A DNA stretch of 63,973 nucleotides, the filler included, from an uncultured bacterium (GTDB lineage Bacteria > Hinthialibacterota > Hinthialibacteria > Hinthialibacterales > Hinthialibacteraceae): the NCBI GenBank assembly GCA_964449065.1. It is 12 parts of 12 records of this genome, joined end to end, with 100 filler letters (N's around TTAATTAATTAA, not from the genome) between each part and the next. Parts side by side here need not be neighbours in the genome. Positions count along the whole stretch, not along the records: positions 37,980 to 43,184 come from CAYVAZ010000345.1; positions 43,285 to 48,489 come from CAYVAZ010000346.1; positions 48,590 to 53,785 come from CAYVAZ010000347.1; 9 more parts are not named here. One strand, given 5' to 3'. Of this stretch, positions 38,749 through 48,802 are shown piece by piece. The position numbers and the translations under genes were made by a program. Positions within the stretch are counted from its first letter, which is position 1. The number at the start of each line of letters is the position of its first letter. The notes under the pieces were generated by a model, which was given only the letters and a program-made list of their open reading frames with translations, ran no database searches and had not been told where the DNA came from.

Positions 38749-39549
38749 TCACACAAAGATTCGTTCTCGGATAGCGGCTCCAACCTGCTCGACCACAAAC
38801 ACCAAAATGCACAGCAATATAATGATTGTTGCCGCCAGGTCATATTCAAACATGGTTAAAGCGGCGTTGACTTCCATGCCGATCCCGCCCGCGCCAACAA
38901 TACCCAGCACCACGGATGAGCGGGTGGCTTTTTCTAAACTATACAGGACGGTGTTTACAAACGAAGGCATTGCCGCGGGTAGGATAACGCAAAAAAAAGT
39001 TCCGGTGCGGGTGGCGCCTATGGCCGCGAAGGCTTCTTGAGGGCCTTTGTCGACTTCTTCAATCGCTTCGGCGAAAAAGCGGCCGCAAAAGCCCAATGTA
39101 TCGACCACTATTGCGCATGTTCCGGCCAGAGGGCCTAAGCCCACAATAATAACGAAATAGAGCCCCCAGATCAAATCTGGAACGGTGCGGGATAACACCA
39201 CTACTCCCCGGCTTATAAAGTAAATGAAACGGTTCGGCGTCATATTTGAGGATGAGAGGATGGCGAATGGAATACTCACAATCACGCCGATTCCCGTTCC
39301 CACAAACGCCATTTGTAGTGTTTCCAATAGAAGCCAACAGACCGTTGATAAGCGCGCGATACTAGGGGGAAACATTTCGTTAAGGATACGCAGTGTATTT
39401 TTGGGGATTGAGATGATATCGTTCCAGGTTAGCTGCGTGATCCCTACCCCGGACAGCGAATATAGAAAAAATACAACCGCGCAGGGGATCAGGACATAAT
39501 AGGTCCAGTTGGCTTTGGGATAGCGTGAGGGCAACTGCGCGTTAGCCAC
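38749..39549 (-). CDS. phnE: Phosphonate/phosphite ABC permease
   Basis: ETLQMA, RTVPDLIW, GLGPLAG, FAEAIEEVD, RSSVVLGIVGAGGIG; GTG start inferred. Confidence 0.9.
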   Translation of the reverse strand: MANAQLPSRYPKANWTYYVLIPCAVVFFLYSLSGVGITQLTWNDIISIPKNTLRILNEMFPPSIARLSTVCWLLLETLQMAFVGTGIGVIVSIPFAILSSSNMTPNRFIYFISRGVVVLSRTVPDLIWGLYFVIIVGLGPLAGTCAIVVDTLGFCGRFFAEAIEEVDKGPQEAFAAIGATRTGTFFCVILPAAMPSFVNTVLYSLEKATRSSVVLGIVGAGGIGMEVNAALTMFEYDLAATIIILLCILVFVVEQVGAAIRERIFV

Positions 39550-40336
39550 GGTATCTCTCCCCAAAGAACCCGCGCAGGGACGCTTCCGATTCGCTGGAGG
39601 GTGTTGTGCGAATGGTGATCTCTCCATTTTGCAAACCCAAGATTTGATCGGCATATTGCAGCGCATGGTTCACGTTGTGGGTAACAAAAAGCAGCGTGAT
39701 GCCCTGTTCACTTGTTCGTTTGTACAGAAGTTCCATCGCTTCATCCGCCGAGCGGGGATCGAGGCTGGCGGCGGGTTCATCCGCGAGTATGAGTTTGGGC
39801 TTTTGCATGAAGGCGCGGGCGATGGCAACCTTTTGGCTTTCACCGCCGGAAAGGGTATCGACGCGGTTGGCGGCGAAATCCACCATACCGACAGACTCCA
39901 ACCAATGCATTGCTTCTTCACGGATGCGGTTAGGAGCAAGGCTTTGCAGCCAGACTTGCGGGCCGTGGGTGTAGGCTTGCGCGCCGTGAATCACATTGCT
40001 CAGCGCGCATAGACGAGGCACCAAATGATGGCGTTGAAAGATGAAGCCGACTTTGCCCCGCAGTCTTCGCAATCCTCTTCTTTTTAGCGTGTTCACATTT
40101 TCTTGCAAAAGCGATATCCGGCCGGAAGAGGGTTCGATCAAACGCAGGCAGCATCGCAGAAGGGTGGATTTTCCCGAACCGTTTTTGCCGATGATGGCGG
40201 TTGAAGATTTCGCTGCGACTTGAAAGGATACATCTTGTAATACCCTTTTGTTCGAAACGAAATATTTCGATAACTGTTGAACTTCTACATCCCATTGACA
40301 ATTCTGCAACGGTCTCAACTCCTGATTATTCTCCAA
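39542..40336 (-). CDS. phnC: Phosphonate/phosphite ABC ATPase
   Basis: GKNGSGKST, FQRHHLVPRL, LSGGESQKVAIAR, LADEPAASLDP; start approximate. Confidence 0.9.
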   Translation of the reverse strand: MENNQELRPLQNCQWDVEVQQLSKYFVSNKRVLQDVSFQVAAKSSTAIIGKNGSGKSTLLRCCLRLIEPSSGRISLLQENVNTLKRRGLRRLRGKVGFIFQRHHLVPRLCALSNVIHGAQAYTHGPQVWLQSLAPNRIREEAMHWLESVGMVDFAANRVDTLSGGESQKVAIARAFMQKPKLILADEPAASLDPRSADEAMELLYKRTSEQGITLLFVTHNVNHALQYADQILGLQNGEITIRTTPSSESEASLRGFFGERYRG

Positions 40337-41189
40337 CAAATTCGGCAAACCGCGGTTTGCCGATGACGGCGTACATATCGCGAACGATGTTGTAGTCTTG
40401 ATCGGAAATATTGGAAACAAACGCCATGCCGCGGTATTTTTCGTTGTCCTTGCCTTGGATGATATCCGCGATGAGGGCTTTGCTGTTTTGCAGTATGGCA
40501 TCTTTCACGGTTTGGATATCCGCGGGATTCACGTGTTTAGCAGCGACCAAGATATCGTTAGGCAAATCGGGACTTCGGCCGATAAAGCGGAACTGACCCG
40601 GAGACCATTCGGTTTCACGGTCACGCATGATTTCGATTTTGCTGTTGGTTTGCGCCATCGCATCCACGCGGCCGCGTTTGAGCGAATCCCACGCAATTTC
40701 GCGTGTAGTGTGTAGGGCTTGAATATCGCGTAGCGGATTGAGTCCGTACTCAGCAATAAGATGCATCGGCGACAGATGGCTGGAGGTGGAGCCGACATCG
40801 CCGAACACGACCCGTTTGCCTTTTAAGTCTTCCACGCATTGAATGCCGCTATCAGCCAATACCACGATGGAGGAGTAATAATCCGGGCGGGATAATCCCA
40901 ACACCGGAGAGGCTTCCGTTAGTTTGCTGATTACTACATATTCCGCCGGTCCGGTCAATACGAACTCCACCCGTTCCGAGCGCAGCGCTTCGACCACCGC
41001 GGTGCGGTTGGTGACCGGATAGAACTGAAGTTCTCTGCCGGTGATGGTTTCCAATCTTTCTTTGAAAGGGCCGAACTCGCGCTGGAGTTCTTCCAGGCCT
41101 TCCAAATCGGTCACCGCAAAACGCAGAGGTTCCTGCGCGTAAGAAAAAACAGTGAAAAAGCAAAGAATAATCGCATATTTGAATCTCAT
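40326..41189 (-). CDS. phnD: Phosphonate/phosphite ABC substrate-binding protein
   Basis: Signal MRFKYAIILCFFTVFSYA; RFAVTDLEGLEELQREF, GPAEY, GSTSSHL. Confidence 0.88.
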   Translation of the reverse strand: MRFKYAIILCFFTVFSYAQEPLRFAVTDLEGLEELQREFGPFKERLETITGRELQFYPVTNRTAVVEALRSERVEFVLTGPAEYVVISKLTEASPVLGLSRPDYYSSIVVLADSGIQCVEDLKGKRVVFGDVGSTSSHLSPMHLIAEYGLNPLRDIQALHTTREIAWDSLKRGRVDAMAQTNSKIEIMRDRETEWSPGQFRFIGRSPDLPNDILVAAKHVNPADIQTVKDAILQNSKALIADIIQGKDNEKYRGMAFVSNISDQDYNIVRDMYAVIGKPRFAEFVGE

Positions 41190-41855
41190 AGTATACTCCG
41201 TAATCTTTATCTCTTTATCCACCCACAACTTCCCCTCTTTCAAAGGGCTGTTTTTTTCCAAGAAATTTGTTATTTCTTTTAATAATGTTAGTGAATTTAG
41301 CTCTCGCAGTTTTGCTTCATCCACATTCACCCAACCATATAGGATGCCCCGGCAAAAGGTAAAATAGAGTGTCATTCGATAGCCCATATTGTAAGGTAGG
41401 CATCTTGCCTGCACTTCAAATAGCAGCAGACTGGAAGCCGGCACTACAAAAATGGGCTTTTTGCCGATCGGTCATATTTTTTTTATCACCAGGGCGTTGC
41501 CCTGGGTTATGCCCCCCCCTTTGGCAATGTTATTGACATAGCGGGATTATCCTTTTTTTGTTCAATATTATGTGGTCGTCCCTCTGTGCTGCGAACATCT
41601 CCCCCAAACTTGGGAAAAAAAGGCATTGCTTTCAGGCTATTTTCCTTAAATCTATAACATTGTTGCTCTACTTCCCCTTTATAAAGCTGAAAAAAAGTCA
41701 GCCCTTTTTCCTAGATAAAAACAAAACTTGATTGATGAAACGGTTATTGTTTTATATAAAATAATTGTTAAAAAATGATTAACTCTTTAAATTGAAATGT
41801 ATTTTTCTCTGCGATTTCGCTACCATTGTAAAAAATATGATTAGGAGCAGCCGCG

Positions 41856-42719
41856 ATGAAAATCTATACGTATTTCTTCTCACTTGCTGTCATCAGTATG
41901 ATTCAAGTATCCAATCCATACAGCAAAGGCAATGAAACGCTAATCAATCTGCATGACCCCGAATCGGTCAAAGCCCATCAACCTTTGCTCATCGCACACC
42001 GCGGAGGAGTGGTGACAGAGGACGCGCCGGAAAACTCGATCCCCGCGATCGAGTTGGCCGCCGATCGCGGCTACGGCATGGTGGAAGTCGATATCCGCCA
42101 AACCAAAGACGGCGTGCTTGTCGCCTTTCACGACAACAACATGATGCAGGATGTGGGGATTGACAATTACATCGAAGAAATGACGTTCGAAGAAATCAGC
42201 AAACTGCGCTACAAAGGCACCGGTGAGCGCATCATCACCCTGGATGAATATTTAAAGCACAGCACCCAATACCAAATGGGTGTGATGCTGGATATCAAAG
42301 CCACCGATGCCAACCGTAATGACGATAAATTTTTTCAAGGGATTGCCGAGTTGATCGACAAGTATGGATTGGCCAAAGCCGCCGTCACCATATCACGAGA
42401 GCCGTTGGCGGAAAAGTATCTGAAAGGCAAAGCGATGCTGCGCATCAATGATGAAGAATTTGATTCCATCGCGCGGGGACGTCCGGTGGATTTGTCAGGC
42501 AAATTTTGGTTTGACTGGCCGCGGTTCATCACCCATGAGATGGTTGAACTGATCCAGCAGCAGGGATGCTTGGTTATGCCATCCATCAATATCTTTCATT
42601 ATTGGATTTATCCCGAGGATGAACGGGAAATGCGCGCGAAAGCGGACATCGAACGAATGGTTGAAGCGGGAGTGGATGGCTATCAGATTGATGGGGTTTA
42701 TGACAAATATTTTCAGTAA
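41856..42719 (+). CDS. Secreted glycerophosphodiester phosphodiesterase
   Basis: IAHRGG..APENS, VEVDIRQTKDG..FHD, GVDGYQID; RBS AGGAG. Confidence 0.9.
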   Translation: MKIYTYFFSLAVISMIQVSNPYSKGNETLINLHDPESVKAHQPLLIAHRGGVVTEDAPENSIPAIELAADRGYGMVEVDIRQTKDGVLVAFHDNNMMQDVGIDNYIEEMTFEEISKLRYKGTGERIITLDEYLKHSTQYQMGVMLDIKATDANRNDDKFFQGIAELIDKYGLAKAAVTISREPLAEKYLKGKAMLRINDEEFDSIARGRPVDLSGKFWFDWPRFITHEMVELIQQQGCLVMPSINIFHYWIYPEDEREMRAKADIERMVEAGVDGYQIDGVYDKYFQ

Positions 42720-42758
42720 AAGTCATACGAAAGAACCATTCTATAAAGACTGAGCGAA

Positions 42759-42963
42759 TGTTACTTTATCCCGCTTCAGCCGGAAATGGAATTTTGCTTC
42801 GTTAGAATAAGAGAGTCGAACGAAGGAGGATTTCATGCAGAAGAGCCGCAAGCATTACACGCCTGAAGAGAAACTAGCGATCTTATACCATTTTCTCATT
42901 GAAAAGTTCACTATGAATGACGGAACAGAAAATAGTATTTATAATCCTAAAAAAAGCAGTTGA
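42759..42963 (+). pseudogene. IS3-family remnant (left end + truncated OrfA)
   Basis: TG-starting end at 42759, RBS AAGGAGGA, ORF 42835-42963 MQKSRKHYTPEEKLAIL..LIEK then early stop. Confidence 0.6.
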
Positions 42964-43120
42964 TATTGAAAAGTATGCCATAAATTTTTGAATATAATAG
43001 ATTTATGAAATGCGGAGCAGTTGAAAAATAATCACCAAAAGGGTGAGAGCGGTCAATCGTAGAATTTCTTGAATTCGTTGGACTTATCACTCGTCACTCC
43101 TAAGAAACACTTTGTTTCTT

Positions 43121-43184
43121 CGTAATTGGTCACCCGTTTGAAGAGAGATTTCCCCTCCCAAGCCTGGGAGGGGTTAGGGGAGGG
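43121..43184. repeat. Dispersed repeat family C at contig end
   Basis: Reverse complement of CCCTCCCCTAACCCCTCCCA..TGGGAGG..TCTCTTCAA.CGG.TGACC.ATTAC at 48609-48675 and 59174-59241. Confidence 0.85.
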
Positions 43185-43284
43185 NNNNNNNNNNNNNNNN
43201 NNNNNNNNNNNNNNNNNNNNNNNNNNNNTTAATTAATTAANNNNNNNNNNNNNNNNNNNNNNNNNNNNNNNNNNNNNNNNNNNN

Positions 43285-43456
43285 TCAAATATTTATTTCT
43301 GAGGTCCCTGAATTACCAGGATGTATGACTCATGGAGATTCGTATGAATCTGCTATTAATAATACAAAAGATGCCATGCAATTATGGATTGATACCGCAA
43401 AAGAATTTGGCGATCCTATCCCCGCTCCCAAAGGACAGAAATTGATGTATGCATAA
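43285..43456 (+). CDS. hicB: HicB-family antitoxin, 5' truncated
   Basis: Reads QIFISEVPELPGCMTHGDSYESA..LWIDTAKEFGDPIPAPKG. Confidence 0.88.
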
Positions 43457-43470
43457 GAATATATAACCCA

Positions 43471-45183
43471 TTATTTCTTCCTGGATTTTTTCGCCGCCGT
43501 TTTCGACTTGGTCAACTTCCGGTTCTTGGAGGATGCGGCTTTTTTGGTATATACGCCATTCTTTAATGATTGATGCTTCAATGCCGCTTTGATAAATGCT
43601 TTGAACAAGGGATGCGGTTTCCGCGGCCGCGAGGTCAGCTCCGGATGAAACTGGCATCCCACATACCAGGGATGATCTTGTAGTTCCACAATCTCCACCA
43701 AACGGCCATCCGGTGATGATCCGCTGATAACCAACCCGGCATCTTCAAACAATTTTTTATAATCGTAGTTAAACTCCCAGCGGTGGCGGTGCCGTTCGGA
43801 TATCTGATCTTCCCCATAAGCCGTTTGCGCCTTGGTTTTACGAATCAAAATACAGGGATACGCCCCCAAACGCATGGTTCCGCCTTTATCCACCACTTTC
43901 TTTTGTTCATACAACAAACTGATGACAGGATTCGGTGTATCCGGGTCAAATTCCGTACTAGACGCATCCGGCAGGTTCAATACATTCTGGGCAAACTCAA
44001 TCACTAAGCTTTGCATCCCTAAACATATACCAAAAAATGGAATGTTGTTTTCTCTTGCATAACGAATCGCCTGCAACTTGCCGGGAACACCGCGTTTGCC
44101 GAATCCCCACGGCACAAGTATTCCATCTACATCCGAAAGGAGCTCGGCAACACCTTTCTTCTCTATCTCTTCCGAATGAATTTTGACAATTTCCAATCCG
44201 GCATTGTTGGCAACACTGCCGTGGATCAGTGCGTCATATATAGAACGGTAGGCATCTTGCAGTTTTATATATTTCCCTACCACTGCTATCTTCACCGGTC
44301 CTTTACGGGGGTTCTTGATGATGTTGACTATCTTCTTCCATTCCCGCATATCAGGTTCGGTGCTTTTCAGGTCAAAATACTCTAATACAAGATCATCGAT
44401 TCCCTCTTCCCAATACACCAGCGGCACTTCATAAATCGTTGAGGAAATATCACGCGCACTCACAACATATTGCGGAGCGATGTTGCAGAACAATGCGATC
44501 TTATCTCGCATATCTTTTGTCATCGGTGAGGGGCAGCGGCACATCAATATATTGGGCTGGATACCAATTTCCCGGAGTTTGTTTACACTATGCTGGGTCG
44601 GTTTGGTCTTCAATTCACCCGCAGCGGCCACATGCGGAATCAAGGTCAAATGCACATACAACACTTCTTTCGGCCCCAATTCCCAGCCCAACTGGCGAAT
44701 GGCTTCCAGAAACGGGAACCCCTCGATATCCCCAACCGTGCCGCCGATCTCACAAATCACAAAATCCGGATTCCCCTTTTGCGAGACCGCCATCACACGG
44801 CTTTTTATCTCATCGGTGATATGCGGAACCAGCTGGACGGTTTTCCCAAGATAACCGCCCCGCCGTTCCCGCTTGATGACAGATTCATAGATTTGTCCTG
44901 TTGAAACACTATTGATGCGCGTAATAGGCATGGAATTGGTGAAGCGTTCATAATATCCGATATCCAAATCGGTTTCCGCTCCGTCATCGGTTACATACAC
45001 TTCACCGTGTTGATAGGGGCTCATGGTGCCGGGGTCAACATTGATATAAGGGTCAAACTTCATCAACGCGACTTTGTAGCCGCGCGCTTCCAACAGGCAG
45101 GCCATCGAAGCGCAAGCGATTCCCTTACCCAATGAAGAACATACACCACCAGTAACAAATATAAATCGGCTTGAAGTAGACAA
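43471..45183 (-). CDS. pyrG: CTP synthase
   Basis: FVTGGVCSSLGKG, DPYINVDPGTMSPYQHGE, KTKPTQHSV, GICLGMQ, QFHPE. Confidence 0.98.
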   Translation of the reverse strand: MSTSSRFIFVTGGVCSSLGKGIACASMACLLEARGYKVALMKFDPYINVDPGTMSPYQHGEVYVTDDGAETDLDIGYYERFTNSMPITRINSVSTGQIYESVIKRERRGGYLGKTVQLVPHITDEIKSRVMAVSQKGNPDFVICEIGGTVGDIEGFPFLEAIRQLGWELGPKEVLYVHLTLIPHVAAAGELKTKPTQHSVNKLREIGIQPNILMCRCPSPMTKDMRDKIALFCNIAPQYVVSARDISSTIYEVPLVYWEEGIDDLVLEYFDLKSTEPDMREWKKIVNIIKNPRKGPVKIAVVGKYIKLQDAYRSIYDALIHGSVANNAGLEIVKIHSEEIEKKGVAELLSDVDGILVPWGFGKRGVPGKLQAIRYARENNIPFFGICLGMQSLVIEFAQNVLNLPDASSTEFDPDTPNPVISLLYEQKKVVDKGGTMRLGAYPCILIRKTKAQTAYGEDQISERHRHRWEFNYDYKKLFEDAGLVISGSSPDGRLVEIVELQDHPWYVGCQFHPELTSRPRKPHPLFKAFIKAALKHQSLKNGVYTKKAASSKNRKLTKSKTAAKKSRKK

Positions 45184-45379
45184 AATACACCCTCAACTAT
45201 CTGAATGAATTCTATGCGTGAATTGAAGAATCGACCAACAACTGGAGGTCAACATACATTAATGAAGGTTTCAACTTGAGTCAAGCGAAAATTATAGTTG
45301 ATATAATATAGCCGCTATATGGATGATTGAATATCACGCTGATTATATGATGTTTAAGATAAGGGATATAACATTCATT

Positions 45380-47290
45380 CTAGATAGAATATTTTGCTCT
45401 CTTTGTGAAAATAAACCATTCCATGATTACAACAATCAAAGCGGCAATCACTAAATACCGCCATATCTCCTGGTTTTGAGAAACAGCTTCTACATCTCCT
45501 TGCAGTTCTCTTGTCCCGAACACGAGCGAGGAAACAGGGGAAATATCACTTTCTTCTACGGAAATTAAGTTGAACGCGTATTGCTGAAGCGTTTTTTCAC
45601 CTTGCTGAAATTCGTAAATCCCACTCTTTGCAACATCACTGATATATTGCGGAGCATTTTCATTGAACTGAATCTCACGGTAATACCCATCCGGTCCAAC
45701 CAACGAATACGTTTCCGTAATAACACCGGGGGGCTGCATGCTTAAAATATCTCCGGTCCGGTTTACTGCCATGCGGTTTTGTTCCGCCTTCATAAACCAA
45801 TCCAGCATGTTCGAGAAAAAGATGGGGAACGATACCCGCAATGGCCACGATGAATCGTACACATCAAATCCGATCACAATTCCACGGGTATTGTTTTGCA
45901 CAAAAGATACAATGAGAGGCGTTTCACTGGATTCCAATATTACTTCGGTCCAATCCGGCACACCAATATTCGCGGCTTCATTGATATCCAAATTTTCGAA
46001 TGAAAGATATTTCGTAAGGGGATGAAACCGGTTCCAATCCACAATTCCCGGAAACTCAATCGTATCTCCCATAGACCATTCCGGCAGGGGCGGCACTGCA
46101 CCGATAAACAAATAGTTCCCATCAATCAACACGTTGGGAGAATACGCGTCAAACACAACAATATCATGATCTTCCGGCCCCAAATAACTCGCCGGTGTGG
46201 TGGTAAACAGTTGCACCCGCTGATCTAAATTCAGCGCTCTTTGTAAATAGAAATTCCCCTCGGTTACCAGCAATACTTTAATTTCATCATTTCGTGGAAC
46301 AATTGCCCACGCTTGATTGTCAACCGCTAAATGATCCTCAACATCCAATTGCAGTTCCAAAAGCGAAGTGAATGAACCAGGATCATTAAAGATAACGGTT
46401 TCTCTTTGACCGGATTCCAATGAAAATTGATAGGCATCCAAAAGTTCTTTGCCATCATTTGAAGAGGATTGAGTTGTTGCCGTTGTATTCCCAACGGTTT
46501 CGCTTTCCTGCACGCCATACAATTCTAAAAATACATCCTTTGGCGAATCTCCGGAATTGACTATCCCTGCCAGGATTTGTGTTTTTGACTGCTGACCAAA
46601 ATCTTCCCGAACCACAACATCAACAATACCAGTATTGTCCGAAGAGTTCCCAATGGGGATATATTTCACATTCAAGGCGGATAGTGGAGAATCATCCGGA
46701 ATTTTAAACCCGCCATCCGAAAAGATTAAAACTTCCGTGCGCGGATGCAAATCCGATGACGATACCGCCAACGATACTGCATCTTGTATACTGGTAGGAT
46801 TATCAGTTGCTTCAATTGAGTGAATCTTCTGCCGCAGTGATCCTTTATCCTGCTCAAAATAGTTCAGAACTCGCGCGTTGGATGAGAACGCTACTACCAT
46901 CATCTGGTCGCCCATGCCCATATCGTTCACCAAATCGATGGCTTTTTCCTTTGCTTGATCTAACCGGTTCGGTTCCACATCGGTAGCAGACATACTGGCA
47001 GACTGGTCGATCAACACGATAAAACTCTGCCCTTCCAAACCGGCCAATTCCAAAACCGGCCGCGCTATTGCAAGAGTCAAAATCGCAACCGCAATGATTT
47101 GCAATATCATCAGTAAATTATTCTTCAACCGTTGAAAGGGAGCGTTTGCCCGCAAATCTTCCAGGCTTTGCTTCCAAAGCAGTGTGCTGGAAATCGGCGT
47201 GTTGATTCGGCGAAGTTTTAATATATAAAGAAGGATAATAGCCGGGATAAACAGCGCAAACAAAAAGCCTATTGGATACAGAAAGTTCAT
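45380..47290 (-). CDS. BatA-domain + vWA membrane protein
   Basis: MNFLYP..ILLYILK..STLLW; MIDAS DQSASM; C-terminal EIWRYL..MEW helix. Confidence 0.88.
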   Translation of the reverse strand: MNFLYPIGFLFALFIPAIILLYILKLRRINTPISSTLLWKQSLEDLRANAPFQRLKNNLLMILQIIAVAILTLAIARPVLELAGLEGQSFIVLIDQSASMSATDVEPNRLDQAKEKAIDLVNDMGMGDQMMVVAFSSNARVLNYFEQDKGSLRQKIHSIEATDNPTSIQDAVSLAVSSSDLHPRTEVLIFSDGGFKIPDDSPLSALNVKYIPIGNSSDNTGIVDVVVREDFGQQSKTQILAGIVNSGDSPKDVFLELYGVQESETVGNTTATTQSSSNDGKELLDAYQFSLESGQRETVIFNDPGSFTSLLELQLDVEDHLAVDNQAWAIVPRNDEIKVLLVTEGNFYLQRALNLDQRVQLFTTTPASYLGPEDHDIVVFDAYSPNVLIDGNYLFIGAVPPLPEWSMGDTIEFPGIVDWNRFHPLTKYLSFENLDINEAANIGVPDWTEVILESSETPLIVSFVQNNTRGIVIGFDVYDSSWPLRVSFPIFFSNMLDWFMKAEQNRMAVNRTGDILSMQPPGVITETYSLVGPDGYYREIQFNENAPQYISDVAKSGIYEFQQGEKTLQQYAFNLISVEESDISPVSSLVFGTRELQGDVEAVSQNQEIWRYLVIAALIVVIMEWFIFTKRAKYSI

Positions 47291-47304
47291 GGGCTACCCT
47301 TCAT

Positions 47305-48222
47305 TTATTCGATCAATCCCAAACGGCGGAACGTGGTCGACAGCATCCTCTCAATCGGCGTTCCGGTTGAAACGGGCATATAGTGGATTCCATAACGGTG
47401 GCTGAATTCCTTAATCTGCGACTGAAACGCTTTTAAACGCCGTTCATAAATATTGAGCAACTCACCATGCATACTGATTTCCACCTGATCGTTATTTTCC
47501 ACATCAATCAGCTTTAAATCACCCACTAAATCAGGCTCCAATTCCTGCGGGGCAAGTGTTTGAATCAAATACACGTCATTCCGGCGCTGCAAAAGCTGCT
47601 TAACCGCCTCTTCATATCCATTCGGATCAAGCAAATCAGATAACAGTAAAACCACCCCACCGCGTTTTTGCTGCTGAACGAAGCGTTTGCAGCCATCATA
47701 AAGCAAGGTTCCTCCGCTAAGAGGCAATTCTTCTAAATACTCAACAATGCGGCGGATTAACGCTTTTCCACGTGTCGGCTGCATCCAGCGGTATGAATCA
47801 TCGCTAAACCCGACCATGCAAACACGGTCATAGCCCGCAAGCGTAATATAAGCCATTGCGGCGGCAAGCCGTTTGGCATAAAGCGCTTTGTTGGGATCAC
47901 CGTAATCCATCGACAGACTGGTATCAATCACAATATATAAATAAAGGTCTTCTTCTTCATGAAACAATTTGGTGAATAAGCGGTCCAGGCGCCCAAAAAT
48001 ATTCCAATCCAAAAAGCGCAGGTCATCCCCTTTGGAATAATCCCGGTAATCGGCAAATTCGATTGAGATGCCCCGTTTTTTCGAACGGCGTTCCCCCCGC
48101 ATTCTTCCGAGAAACACCTTTTTGGATACCACACCAAGCTGTTCCAAATAACTCAAGAACTTGGGATCCAAGAGTGACTCGCCTTTTTCTTTCTGTTTGT
48201 CTTGTAAAGTAGTATCAGGCAT
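47305..48222 (-). CDS. DUF58 (MoxR-associated vWA-like) protein
   Basis: EFADYRDYSKGDDLRFLDWN, DTSLSM, LLSDLL. Confidence 0.92.
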   Translation of the reverse strand: MPDTTLQDKQKEKGESLLDPKFLSYLEQLGVVSKKVFLGRMRGERRSKKRGISIEFADYRDYSKGDDLRFLDWNIFGRLDRLFTKLFHEEEDLYLYIVIDTSLSMDYGDPNKALYAKRLAAAMAYITLAGYDRVCMVGFSDDSYRWMQPTRGKALIRRIVEYLEELPLSGGTLLYDGCKRFVQQQKRGGVVLLLSDLLDPNGYEEAVKQLLQRRNDVYLIQTLAPQELEPDLVGDLKLIDVENNDQVEISMHGELLNIYERRLKAFQSQIKEFSHRYGIHYMPVSTGTPIERMLSTTFRRLGLIE

Positions 48223-48296
48223 GATTATCCAAATTAAAAGAAAATATTTATAACTGATGTTACGCATTCAATGCGATAGACATATAGCGTTGATTT

Positions 48297-48450
48297 TTCG
48301 CTGCATCTATCGCCCTCGCCCTTTGGGAGAGGGTTGGGGTGAGGGCTGGCGGGGTTTAATTGCTTTCATCCACGTTGTTGTGTCATTAGGTGCAACCGCT
48401 CTCTTCGCCCTCATCTCTTATCTTCTCCCAAAGGGAGAAGACGATAGATA
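48297..48450. repeat. Family A palindromic element (reverse orientation)
   Basis: CGCCCTCGCCCTTTGGGAGAGGG..CCCTCATCTCTTATCTTCTCCCAAAGGGAGAAGACGATAG matches 1-180 and 14211-14369. Confidence 0.85.
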
Positions 48451-48608
48451 ATCCGTTTGATTCAGATAGAACGGCTATTCAATCGAATCNNNNNNNNNNN
48501 NNNNNNNNNNNNNNNNNNNNNNNNNNNNNNNNNTTAATTAATTAANNNNNNNNNNNNNNNNNNNNNNNNNNNNNNNNNNNNNNNNNNNNGGTTAAACGCT
48601 CAGTGCTT

Positions 48609-48768
48609 CAAACCCTCCCCTAACCCCTCCCACCTTTGGGAGGAAAAATTTCTCTTCAAGCGGCTGACCTATTACATTTTTTTAATCCATAAATTTCTAT
48701 ATGAAAGATGAACACTTTGATCTAAGGAATCAACCCCACCCTGACCCTCCCCAATCTTGGGGAGGGAA
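48609..48768. repeat. Family C repeat plus a further CCCTCCCC..GGGGAGGG hairpin
   Basis: Near-identical to 59174-59241. Confidence 0.8.
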
Positions 48769-48802
48769 TAGTGATTAACCGAAACGAAATATCGATATTG
48801 AA

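Noticed and set aside
41190..41444. Long N-terminal extensions in the ORF track (phnD; also galK, fusA, phnC, phnE, XRE)
   Set aside because: Homology, signal peptides or RBS begin at downstream starts
37315..43456. One large island linking the cassette array, phn genes and hicB
   Set aside because: They lie on different contigs separated by linkers
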